Source: Phoronis australis (taxonomy: Eukaryota > Animalia > Phoronida). From it: a stretch of 64,000 nt of DNA. The stretch lies in NCBI GenBank assembly GCA_002633005.1, contig NMRA01000805.1, forward strand, positions 59,656 to 123,655, given 5' to 3'. The position numbers and the translations under genes were made by a program. Positions 1-12,800 of the stretch are shown here, piece by piece. The notes beneath the pieces are model-generated. The model made no database searches and was not told the origin of the DNA. It was given only the letters and a program-made list of their open reading frames with translations. Positions within the stretch are counted from its first letter, which is position 1. Every line of letters starts with the position of its first letter.

Positions 1-174
1 TGGCCCTTGGTCGGGTTGCCGCCTGAGGCCACGGACTCCTCCCCCAGCTATGCCAAAAGTCTTGTCTCGTCCCTACGTACTCTACCAGAAGCTATGTATT
101 TAAATAGACCGCATAAAGATTATGAGGGCGGACACCACTATGGGCCACTTGGACCGCGGTATCCGATCAAGTAG
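1..174 (+). CDS. Possible terminal coding exon of an unidentified gene entering from upstream (WPLVGLPPEA...GPRYPIK*)
   Basis: Frame 1 is open from base 1 to TAG 172-174 and is GC-richer than the flank. UTR-like sequence follows, with an AATAAA near 1193. No recognisable domain. Confidence 0.3.
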   Translation, partial: WPLVGLPPEATDSSPSYAKSLVSSLRTLPEAMYLNRPHKDYEGGHHYGPLGPRYPIK

Positions 175-1777
175 CCCCGAGGAATGTTACGTTGTCAGAA
201 ATCATTAATTTAGTGTGTCTAACGCATCGAGTACGCCTGTACGTGTAAACTTACAAAACTGTTACGCAATCACGTGTATGATCGAAACTTGATAGCTATA
301 TTTTTCACTATTCCTATTCTTAATTGCTGTGAATACAAATTGATATTAGTCACTCGATACACTGGTGAATCTCTTAACCTTACGTACATTGGCACGCCAC
401 ACGCGCACGCACTCATGCACACACACGCCCATGTTAAGTCAGTTCATTTCTTACTCGGGACTTTGGTCTACACGGGTTCTATATGGGAGACTGTTGCGAA
501 GTAGCAACAACCGGTGAACATTGCGTGTGGAATAATTTTTTTTTCATTGACCTACTATTGACTTCATGACAGTGTTTTGTGGTCTATGGTCGTTCTTAAG
601 GTGTTGAAAAGAGAAGTTATCTCTCCGCAATTTCTACCTGGATACGTTCAGTTGTCAGCCAGTAAACAATACAAGCCATTCGGTCCACTGCAGCCACACA
701 CACACACGGGTAGGTTTAACCATCCTAAAAAGAAATTGTGGTCACAGAAATTGAGGATTTTGAATCAATTTTACTAGTTTCCTAGTCTCGCTGGTTTGTG
801 AAACATACTGGAGATGTAAAAGATATACGGTACTTCCGCTCATTTGTCCACCTGCAATTGACTCTGGGCCATATTAGTTTGACCGGAGTTGCATTGTGAC
901 TCTCCACGGACTTATTACGGTGAATTCTTTCACACGGCGGTATGTGACTGTATGACACAAACGAGTTTAATTGCATTGTAAAACAAATGGACTCTGTGAG
1001 AGTTTCTGTGTGTATGACCGTGTGTTGCTTGTTCGATGTAGACGTGTTCATAGCCCAAGGGACACTTACACATATGTTCGAAAAGTAAAAGATTTAACCA
1101 TGATTTAGAAACCGCCGTCGACTGGAGTTGACAAACCAAACGGGAGGTTTTTCTAACGAGTCGACAGTAAAATGCGCATTTCTCTTTTAGACAATAAATG
1201 TCGGAAATAGCACTTGCTCAATTAGGGCCATCCGTGCGTGAATATTGTATTTTTGTTTTGACGTGGGATCTAGGAGTTCATTTTCAAGTTGCTAGACTAC
1301 GGCAGCAGGTTTTCGAATAGCTGACTTTCGAAATCGCTGCACCATATTGAAATTCACTATCCCGCCAGACGGCGAGAAGATATTTGGTGGACACTGAGGC
1401 GTTCAGGCTAAAATTTCGATGACATCGTATTCGAACAAGAGCGCCTGATAAACATTTTGTAAATTCATAGTATGCAGTCGCTGTTAGCGCCCCATCCTGG
1501 GGCCCTTCAATCGCTACATAAGCTTGATTCTAGTTGTGCCACGATCACACACGCGTGCGACGTGGGTTCGTGGTGTGAGTATTTCAGTGACGTAAGGTTA
1601 TCCCTACCAGAATGGCCTCTGCTTTTGGTGTGAGCCTGCCACCAAACAGGAAAGGCCTGGATGGTCGCGGGTTTCGTTTTACCACTATTTCTCAGTGTCC
1701 CGCTCCAGACTGTGTCGGGATCAATGGCGTCTCATTATTCTAGACAGTGTCAATTTGAAATGTCCTCTGAACTAGTA

Positions 1778-2430
1778 AAAACGGGCACAGAACAGTTCTC
1801 ACTGTGGCTTGCATATCAGAACACACAGGCACGTCGATGGACTCCGACTCAGTCACCCTTTCTTCACTCTGTCAAAAACTGTATGCACAGAATAACAAGT
1901 TTTAAGGCATTTCACATCACAAGCCCTACATTGAGATGAGCTCAGAAACGTCATTCTCTTGTGTATTTTGACCCTTTCACTCCTACTGAAAAGCAAGGTA
2001 GGCTAGGAAAAGGGCAAAAAAACACAAGTCGGCACTTTTCACCCCAAAACCACCACTTCCCAGTCGATGCACGACACACGACAACATCAGATTCTGAAAT
2101 TTCCTACCGATTCAAAAAATGTGGTTCAAAAGTATTGTAAATCAACTAATAGTTTCTTTTTTTTCCAATTCTGGCTTGTTTGAAGGCTACCTGAAATTGC
2201 AGCCGATTTCTCAGTCGCTACCCAGTAATGAACACATGCAACTGGGGGCCACCATCTTGAAGAAGTGTGCACCTACAGTCGAGGAAGTGGTCTTTTCTCA
2301 AATAGCACATCCACTGAGCCTACATGCAACACCTACCTAAAACTGCCCCCAAGCTAGACCAATCCTTAGATTTTAATATTTTGGCACTGCAAATTGGCCG
2401 TGGCCGCAGTTCAGTGTTCAGTGCCACCAA
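1778..2430. mobile_element. Dispersed non-autonomous repeat, copy 1 (second copy at ~15437-16052)
   Basis: Collinear similarity, e.g. tcaccctttcttcactctgtcaaaaac ... gattttaatattttggcactgcaaatt ... gccgcag..tgccacc in both copies, same orientation. Confidence 0.7.
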
Positions 2431-2656
2431 AGGTATGCCCACCTTACCAAGGACGGGCTTTACCGCTCGCTGGGGGATTGAGTGGGCTGAACACTGGGAG
2501 CTGTTATCCCAGGGATATGATTCGACCGCTTTTGTTCGCAGAATTATGATACGTGTTTGACAACAAATCGGTAAGATCTTCAGGCTTTCTCGATGATGTT
2601 CAACTAGTTCAACCAATGCAACAGCTCGTGTGTATTAGCTCATGTTGATTGTTTAA

Positions 2657-3056
2657 GGCAGGTGGATACACAAACAATTAGTTTTGACTGTTTTTTACAT
2701 TTTTATGTTAACCTAATCTTTAATACTTGATGCACAGTATATTGAAGACAAATAAAATCATTCTGAAAATCCAAAGTTGTTTTTTAAATTGCATTTGATC
2801 AAGCTTCAGTAAATCCTATGACTTGACTGCTCACCAGCTCAGTGACTGGTATGTGGGGCGGAGCTTATACAAGGACACTACCTCTAATCTAACCTGTCAA
2901 CAAACATTGCGAAAAGTAAGAAATACGATATTTAAAAAAACGGACTACAATAAAAACTCTTTTTTCGATTTTTGTCACTTTCAGAGTCATGTCTAAGTAG
3001 TTACTTATTTACATGTAGATAGGAACCTGGAGATTTGACCAGTGTATACACCACCC
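2657..3056. mobile_element. ~400 bp MITE with TTAA target duplication (Kolobok-like)
   Basis: TTAA at 2653-2656 and 3057-3060; imperfect 15-bp TIRs ggcaggtggatacac / gtgtatacaccaccc (12/15). Confidence 0.6.
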
Positions 3057-4829
3057 TTAATACAACCACATTTTTGCTCAGTCGTGGTAATTTGTCAGGT
3101 GTCTTAGGCGCTTAATCTCGGTGCCATGGCATTTAACTTACTAAAAGGACTGATTGGCATGATGTATGTCTCCTGGGAGTGATATTGGTCCTAGATGTTT
3201 CAAAACAATTGGTTAAAAGTTCTGCAGCTTCTAATTACCTTTGACAACATTTACCTTGTGTGATAAAAAGAATTCAAATTTTGCCTCATTACTTAGGTTA
3301 CATTTGGGATTGTTGTCTATAATGAAACATTATCAGTATGCGCGCACATAGCTTTTAATATGGGAGGACTCGCATTTCTGGCGATGTGGACCTTTTGCTG
3401 ACAAAAGAGCGGGAGGAGTAAAATAAAACAAAAAAAACGGGGTACCACCTTCACTGTGCGTCTGTGCCTTTTTAGTGGTCTTTTGTCTCGTTTTCTCAGA
3501 CTTTTTTCCTCTGAGGAGGACCTTTTTGCCCACTTCGCGAAATGGGGTGACTCGTTCGTTCGAGTCCCCCGAGCCCCCCCCCCCTCCCTGGGTGCGCGCA
3601 TTATCAACACAATCACAAAAACCGTCTGCGATAGTCTCTGAAAGTATGGCATTCACAAAGAACCACATGATTCAGTGTTGTTAGGTCTTTACAAGCTCGA
3701 ACCAACATACCGGGGTAGAGTTCAGTAACGCTAGGACCTCGCTAAATTCTAGCCAAAATCGCGTGTTTACATTTAAAATACACGGCAATATTACACGTAA
3801 TCTCGACAAGTTTTGCTTTTTAGAGAAGTCCGAGGAATACTGAACTCTACCCAGGTTTGTGGTTCAAGCACTGAACAAGTCCTGACGTTAACGGCATAAG
3901 CAGCTCCACCTGTTAGCGGTAAAACCCTTGGTCGGGTGGGCGTATCCAGTTTTATTACGTGTCGTCTTATTGATGACATTCACGTGGCTACCCTTTTAGT
4001 GTTTTTATTGATACATTCTTAAGGAACCGCTCACGGAGAGAGGGTCCAATGTTGGAATCGATTACTTCTATTTCCCTGTTCTTTAGTGAAATCGTGCAAC
4101 CGGCTTTCATGTTGAGGAAGGTCACTGCCTCCATCGCTGTGTGACCACACGGCGGTGGAATGAACTGCAACTTTTCTCCAAGCTTAATGATGTTTAGCCT
4201 TTCATCTTAACGTGTCCAATCACCCTGTACATGTAAATATGACACTGCCAGGTATTCACGAGAAGAAGTTGAGATTCCAAATTTATAAAAAACACAAAAC
4301 ATTCGTGCACAGCACGGCAGTATCAGGACATTCGACCAAAACAACAGGAAATGTGACACTAGCCCCTGCTATACAGTAGGATTGACCGCCATCGAGAAGG
4401 TGGCATTTCGAAGAACGTGAAGACCAGTTTTTGTGAATTACACAAAAGGACTATTTCCGATGGCTAGTTATAAAATAATTTTACTTTTTTCCCATAGTAT
4501 CACAAGAATAGCATTTCTTTTAAAGAGCGTTACTAGGAGTTGTTTCTAAGGAATTTCCACACGTCGAAAAGACTGTCGGGGCTACGATTTGTGATAACCG
4601 TGTACATGTCGAACAGGGGTACTCAAAGTAATCTGGCAATCATAAACAACGATTTCAGCGGTTTTTTTTGGAGTTCAAGTTTATCTCGTGAACCGTTTTA
4701 CATGTGGGTACCTTTGAAATGAACAAAAATACACCGAAAACCCTCTCTCCCGTGTTCCCCAGCTACCCGTAAAAATCTGCGAGCAAACCTTTTGAAATTG
4801 CTTATAACATTCCGTTTTGATAAACGAAT

Positions 4830-5625
4830 TCATTGGTTTATGATTTACATGTTTATGTATCTACGAAAATTGATAGATCGATAGATGATTTTCATCAATT
4901 AGAAGCTAATCTTTTAATGATGATGTTTCAGTGAATTAAGTTGGAGCCGGAAGTTGGAAAAACTCTATAATCCGATCCCCAAATAGTAAAGTACACTTAG
5001 ACGATTTTTGCTTGTCTGAAATAACTTTCAAAGACATTGATGGAATTCGGACAGTTCCCAAAAATATACTCACAATTCAAATGGCTACAAATGCATTGCT
5101 GTTTGACTTAGGTACAAGATTAGTGTAATGCGCCCGGCCTTGCGGCCTAAACACGCCTGATGTACCGCAAAAGGCATCAGGCTATCTCCACAAAGTACAA
5201 GATAAAATCAAAGTAAACGCATTGCTCATGGAATCAATTGTTGATTTCTGATTTACATGTTTATATATCTACAAAAATCGACTGATTGATAGATCATTTT
5301 TTGACAATTAGGAGCTAATCTTGTAAGAAATGACGATGCTTCAATAAACTTAGTTGCAGGCTGACATTTGGGTAAATTCGGTCTATCATAAGATCACCAA
5401 ATAGCAAAGTACACTAAACTATTTTTGTCTATCTGACATAATTCTCAAGAATATTGATCAATGTCTGACAGCTCTACAAAGTGTCCCAAAATGTTCTCAC
5501 AGTTCAAATGAAAATACTTTATTTGTTGACATAGGAACTAGACAAGTGGTTTAAATTCACAAACCGTAGATTGAAAAAGAAGTTTAAGTCCTAAAATGAA
5601 TGAAAACAAATTCATTGCTCATTAA
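4830..5625. repeat. Two diverged tandem copies of a ~410 bp unit
   Basis: tgatttacatgtttat.tatctac.aaaat at ~4841 and ~5249, with matching downstream blocks (caattag.agctaatctt, aaatag.aaagtacact, ctcaca.ttcaaatg). Confidence 0.6.
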
Positions 5626-6834
5626 CTTGGACAGGTGGTCTTTGCACTTCTACGATGTTTTTAGTTTCCAGTAGTATTGCGCGATGAATTTTTGTTCTTC
5701 AAAATGAATCGTTTGCTTTCAATTCCCGTGCATACTACACAGAGTGAAGGACGTCCTGACTGACGCACCTACGTTAAAAATAAGACGTAATCACGAAGTA
5801 GTCTCAGTGATCCACGGGAGCTGAATTTGAACTCCAGGAGGGTGGGTGGTTTGGCAGTCGACTTGGTTTTTGCCCCCAATAATATTTACCTTCATAGGGG
5901 CCTGAATAGGAGACCCAAATCTGAGAAATCACGTAGAGACTGAATTCCAATATAAAACTGATGCCTGCGTGCACTCGTAAAGCATGACTAGTTTGCTTCA
6001 ACGACACATTTCTTTTCGTAGAAACAAAGCTGGCAATAATGCAAAACTCCACACTTGCTTTTCAAAACACAATAGTATGCGTAAGAACTGGAGTTACATC
6101 AGAGTGAAATATAATATGTTCACAATACACGTTACCCGATAACATCTTGCTCCAGAGCAAATTGCGTCCACACTGCACACTCTACATCTTGCGGCAAATA
6201 TGCTGCAAAGAGGATAAAACACATTGACCAAACTCGCAGCAGGTAATTACGGCCTTCTTGTCTGCAGGTTTGCGTTCACACTACAACTAAAAAAATTACC
6301 CTGTCTCTATAATCGGTGGGGTAAGTTGTCACACGTGTGTAAGATGCCTCAGCGCAAGTAGGCCTAGAGTCCACACTGCACACAACTCCTACTAAACCTA
6401 CCTACAGCTCCCTCTAAGAACAACTTGCTTCAGGGTAACCTGTAATGTGGACTGTACTTTCAATGATATCACGCCCACGTGCCTGAAGTTAGAGCGTATT
6501 CGATTTAAACACCTATTACTGGCTCAATTTTTAAAGCTTGTCAGTATTTAACAGACTATTTGCGACAAAATAACATTAAATTATATAAATTTGGAGATTT
6601 TTAGTACATAATTATGCTGTCAACCGGTGGCTTTACCACGAACATCAAACAACATTATAACTGTCATATACATATGCTTTATCGTTTTTCATTCGCGGCA
6701 TCAACAATGAAAATTCCATCAGGAATTTGATACCAAGTGCGTAATTAGCTTCTAGAAGACTACTTAAGAACAAACGCAACCCTGGAAATTTGTTTTCCTT
6801 TCGTTAAGACTCGACGGAAACAGTAGAATCCACC

Positions 6835-9800
6835 ATGTATGTTGTTGCACACACATGCGTGATATTAGTCTGTGGTAAGTTTTGAGTTGCGCATTTCACC
6901 TTATATAATTAACTATGCCTGTCGCTACTCCTAAATGTACTTGATTCCTTTTGTACTAAGGGTGCTGGTGTCTTGGCCATGATGCATTCATATTTACGTA
7001 CATTTCAAAGTGTCCGAGAACGCAGTCTTATACATACTCGGCGAACGATCAGGGCTAAGTTGCATAAAGCTTCAAAAGTTATCCGCTGGATAAGTTTGAT
7101 TGTTGCATGACGTCAGGTGCATTGTTCAACAATAACAACGTGACACGTGATAATGCTACGTCATTGTTGCTATACGGCGTATAACTTTTATGCAAATGGG
7201 CCCAGGTTTTATTCAGCAGTCACGCAAATAGGCACGTGCACTGTCGATTTTATGACGGAATTCACTTTCTCATTTGGACACTTGTCCGGGTTAAGATGCT
7301 TTTTTGTTGTTCTCTTCAACTCGCTTTAAAGAACATGCAAAACACCGTTTGTTTTTATTTTGTTACTGTTATGTATATAGTAGACTGCAATAAATTCTCA
7401 AAGGCTCACTAACATGTAATTAGAAAATTGCTGCGCAACACCAGGGTGTTTAAAAGGTGCCGTTACCGAGCGGCATCAACATGGTTTTTCAGGTGATCGG
7501 ACTGTGCTTCTTGTTGCATGGCGTCATATTACCACCAATCTCGAGTCAGAAGAGTTTGAAATCTGCAAGTCCCTATTAGGCACAGTGTGTAGGCTTTGTT
7601 CTTTGTTTCAGGAGTTGCACTCGTCGCAAGCCTCTGTGACCAGAGGTACTTAGCGGTGGATCCAAAACACACCGCGTGCTCCACACGATCGTCCAATTAC
7701 CTCACCGGAGGTAAGGTTTCAAATGTTATTATTTCATCGTAACGACAGACCTATTTCAACGAACAGGTTATCGCATTAAACATTAGCCCTGGAAAGCCAA
7801 CTTCGATATCGCGCTGCTGAGGTTGCGCCGCGCATGCGTGGAATTTGTTTACATTCGTTTGTTCCGGTTTTGGCTCTTGCTATGGTTACTGTCACTAAAA
7901 CTTTTCGCAATGAACTTTTCAAACGAAATGCATAAGAGCCATATCCATAGAAAGCCCTTCAGTTCTTGGTGGCGTATGATCATACCAGAAGCAAAAGACA
8001 AACAATTTAATTTATATAAGTAATTATCAGGCAGGTTTAAAAAATCAAGAGTGTTACCAAAATGCGAAAAATAACAGGGTGTAATAGTAACATAAAAAGG
8101 AAATGAACCAGAGAGGTTACATAAAAGACTAGTTAACCAGCAGGGAAACAATTTCAAAGATTCAAAACATTTCTACTCTATAAAGACAAAGAATTTATTG
8201 AATATGGATACCTCACAGTTCCTGTGATGATCTTAATCAAGTATTCATCCAAATCGTTATACATTAATTGGACGTTTGGTGCTGTTTGATACAATTACAC
8301 TCTTCAGTAAAATTTCAGGATGTAGTGATATTTACAAAAGATGTGATAAACTATTTACTCCAACTATCCATCCGAAATTGTTTGTAACTAATAATACCCG
8401 AGTATAATACTTCTTGGTCTACTTGTCTGTAGATAAAAATGCATTGTTTATTTTTATGAGTAAACAGTTTCGAAGTTTACTTTGACAATATGTAACTTTC
8501 TGTAGATTGTAAATTGTCCCATTCATATTATTTTATAAAGGTGTTACTGACACATTGAAGCAAGAAATAGTAGACTTGCACAACGAGCTAAGATCCGAAA
8601 TCGCTGGAACACAGAAAGCTGCTAACATGCAAAAAATGGTAAGTTTTTAACGTTACTTCAAGAATCTGACATGTTTTCTCTGGCTGTTGTAACCGAGCAA
8701 GCAGTAACGCCAGTCACGCATGAATGACTTGTGAGAAATATTGACTTGTGCATCGGAAATAGTAAGTAGTTTTTCCCATGCTTCAATTTGCTGGCGTCGC
8801 CTCCCAGTTGTTGAGGGAAACAGTGCAGGTGGCCTGATGTCATTTGCGGTACCGACATCAGAGGTGCGCAGGCCTCATGGTTGGGCCCATTGCACAAAAC
8901 ACCTGAGCTAAAGCACGAGAGAACCATTATGGTTCTTCGTGAAGGAAGTTTTCAAGTATGCCAGTCTCCTTTAAGAAAACGGACAGACGTTTCCATTTCT
9001 TGTCATGCACCTGTAGGCATGTAACAGTGTCATCCAGTAGGTTGCTCCTTAGCCTATAAAAAGCTGGGCAAGACTCTACCAGGTGTTTAGGGGATTCTAC
9101 ATCAGTACCACACTCGGGACACACTGGGGTCCCAATACACCCAGTAATGTGTCTGTGTCGGGCATTACAGTGGCCCGTCAAAATTTGAATCGTGACGTGT
9201 CTTATGCCCAATCTATCTAGACTCAGCAGGTTTTTTGAACCCTGGTTTGATCACGTTGGGAAAATTCTCCTTGGTCTCTCTTCAGAGGTTAAGTGATACC
9301 CACTGGGCTGCTGACTGGGTATGTACCCAGTTGCGTATACTCATCCTGCAGCATCCGTAAGGTACCGGGATAGCAGGTTCAGGCACAAAATGTAGAACGC
9401 TTGCTCCTATCTTTGCGGGTCTGTCTGCCTGCATGATTCTCATTGCCATCAATTCCCGCATGGGCCCTGTGTATATTGACGGTTCTTTCAATTGCAAGCT
9501 TGTTAAGCTCATTAATACAAGCATTAACACAACGAGAATTGACCCTAGGTTTCCTTAGGGCTTTTATTGTTGCCTGGCTATCTGAAAAGATGGGAATAGA
9601 CTGATAACCCAGCTCGGTGTTATATTGTCGTGCCAGTTGAGCAGCTCTATTAATTGCAGTGATCTTAGCCTGAAACACCGTGGCAAGATTGCCTATAGCG
9701 ATACCCAGTTTTCTAGACTTCAGCACATGAATGGCCATTTTCCAATTTAGAGCCGTCCGTATAACAAACCATCTCATTCTTGTGTTCTGCGGTAGACCTT

Positions 9801-12800
9801 CTATCTCCCTGAACATGAAATTGTTCGTATGATTTAAAGCTGTGACCTGGACATCGCTAGGCAAGTTCCATAGTTGCCCAGTCTTGGCCATTAGCTTAAT
9901 TGCAAACATTCCTGTGGCTTCTGTGTGCAACGGAATCAGGGGTGTGAGTTTTCACCCACTGACCATTATAACTGAGACGAAGTGCAGTACAATGGTGGTA
10001 GATCAGTTAGCATTTCTAGGGCTGCAGAAGGCGTTCCTGGAAAAGCAGAGGTTATGCGCAAACAAGCTACGGACGTTGCAGCTGATTAAGTTTATTGATA
10101 TTTGTAATCTGTTTAATGCTGTTGCCCATACCGACGCAGCATAGGACATTATACGTCGGATAACAGCAGTATAAATGTTACGTTTATTTTTTGTTGCTCT
10201 TTTTGTAACTCAAATCCAAAAGTTGCTACGTAAGTGCTTTATGCAAAATAATGAATTTAGACCACTTATTATGGGTAAACTCCTTTCTACTGAATTCCTT
10301 ACTTACATGTGGATTTAAAGTGATTCGTTTCGTTATTGCGTGTTAACAGATGTCATACCCAACACTAAAATGGCGCGTCAGGCCAAGCCAACTCTTTGAG
10401 TCTCGTCTCAGCAAGCAATAGAGAAGTTTGGCAAAGCGACGTGAACGTGAATTATCACGCATATGTAATTGCACGTCATACACGCCATTGTTGGCTGTGA
10501 CGCAATCCTGATAGTGTTTGCGTATTTCACGCGAATACAGGGAGATTCGCGTCACTATAAACGCGAAATCTGCGGCCTCTTTTTAATTCTTAGTTGGCAA
10601 GACATCGAAACGATTTTTATTTTGATAGGGTTCTCAATCTTTCTTCTTTGCTTCAGTATGAAATGAACACGATTCCTTTATCTATAAATGTCCTTAAAGT
10701 CTAGCTGAAGGAAGGTCTTTTTCCAAAATCCTTATTATCCCGGGGTTCGCTGGTTATCATCGAACTAGAATGGAATTTTTAAAGCTATGATAACTGAACA
10801 CCCTGAGCTCAGTCATTCGGTTCACGTTTACTTTCACGTTCACGTAAAAATCTAGCTGTTGTGAAACCCATTTTTCTGACGGTAACATGAATCGGCACGC
10901 GCAGTTATATATGCGTGATAATTCACGTTCACGTAGCTTTGAAGATTACAAGTACCATTTCACTATCCGCAGGTCTGGGATAACGAAATCGCTAGCGTCG
11001 CACAGAAGATGGCGGAAAATTGCGTGTTTGCCCACGACAATTCCAGCCAACGAGGCATACCAGGTATTTTTTAGAGGTGTCTTTCCAACTCGCATTAACA
11101 ACTTTCCGTTGAATTAATCGTAGATTTATCCGTTCACGTCACGGGATTTACGTTTTTCGTGTAGAACATTTGAAAGGTGTGTTGCAGAAAGTCGATGACT
11201 AAATTGTCGCAATGGTCTTATAGAGTCTGGTAGTAAGTTTCCAGTTAGACTCTCTGCAAAAAAATCGCAAAGTTAAGACATTTTAGGATAAACAGGCCCG
11301 AGTGAGTTTTTATGTACGGGGGTAAATTTGTTACTAGTCACGTGCATTCTTCAGTTTAGAGAAATCCTCGATTTATTTCGTGGCTTTTTATACAACGATG
11401 AGATCGAATTCGAACGGCTGATGAATGCAGGAATTAACAACATGACTTCTTGATGACTCTGATTTCCAGTAGTGCCTGTCATTTCACAATAACGTAAGCG
11501 CTTTTAACATCGGTAATTGTAAGACATGTGCAATTTCGTTCTTAAAACTTGTAAAACATGCTTTCCTTCATCACAAAACAAATCTGGTTTTTGGTTAATA
11601 TCTGACTTTTCTAAAACGTTTCCAGCAATTTTTGTCAATGCACCAGAAAATAAATTTGCAACAAATAAAAAGTATGCCAGAAAGACCAGGAAACATCTGT
11701 CTAGGCGTCAAGATACACTTACACCTCACTAAATATATGTTTATCTATACTCACATAAAAATGTGAACATAAATTTATATACTACACTCTACACGAAGTT
11801 ATATAAATTATGGTCATGGAAAAGTTTAAAATTTGTAAAATCTCTTCAATGACGTAGTACTACAAGTAACACACGGTTTCCGCGTAGAACGATGATAAAA
11901 ATTTCAAAAATAGGTGAATTTGTTTTTAAAGACTATAAAACCGTTTTAGAGTCATTTTTGTTAAAATGCCATTTTCTAGTTATCCCAGACAAATTTTGAG
12001 GCCAATCAAATATACCCAGCTTCTAATTAATTATTCACGCCTCACTACTGATCGTGGCCCCGGTCATCATTTCTCAGCCATCTTGATTTACTGGCTGACT
12101 TAAGACAGTTTTTTGACATTGGATGCGTCATTGTGTTCCTCAACTGGTAACAAGTTGGATCATTATTTGCTTTTCTCTTATGCAGAATGCCTGGAAGTTG
12201 TTACGTACAAGCAGGCACGCATTATGAGTTCTCGAAGAGTGTAAGTGTTCCGTATTACCCCCTTTCCAGTGGATGTCAAGATCCGTCGTAATCGGTTCGT
12301 GCGAGTCAAGAACGCTGCGTTACCCGTTAGCTCCACGGCGAAAGCGGTTCAGCAAACATTTCTTAACCTCGATTACTTTGTACGGAGAGATCATGGTGGT
12401 ACCTCCAGAATATGTCATTAAGAAGGGTGCCATACCGTCGGTATTTCCCTTCTCTTCTCCGTCGCCATCTGCTCGCGGTACTTTTTTGAAACGCGAAGCA
12501 TCGCGACCTAGCTGCGGCTATTGCAGGTCCTTTTATGCCATCTTAATGGCTGCAGCTCGCGACTCCTTAAAGTCCCCAAAGTTGGTGTCACGTGTAGTCA
12601 CCGCTGCGTCCAAGGCCTGCAATCAGCACATCTTTGTTGGTGGTGTTTTCAACCCAGAACATATGAACAGGAGCTCACAATGAATCATCGCACAAACAAA
12701 TAATCTGGTCCGCAAACGTCACTTCCCGGGGAAAATTTGATTAAAACATCAAAGTTTGACTATGAACCAGGATGATGTATTTTAACCAAAAATAGTTCAA

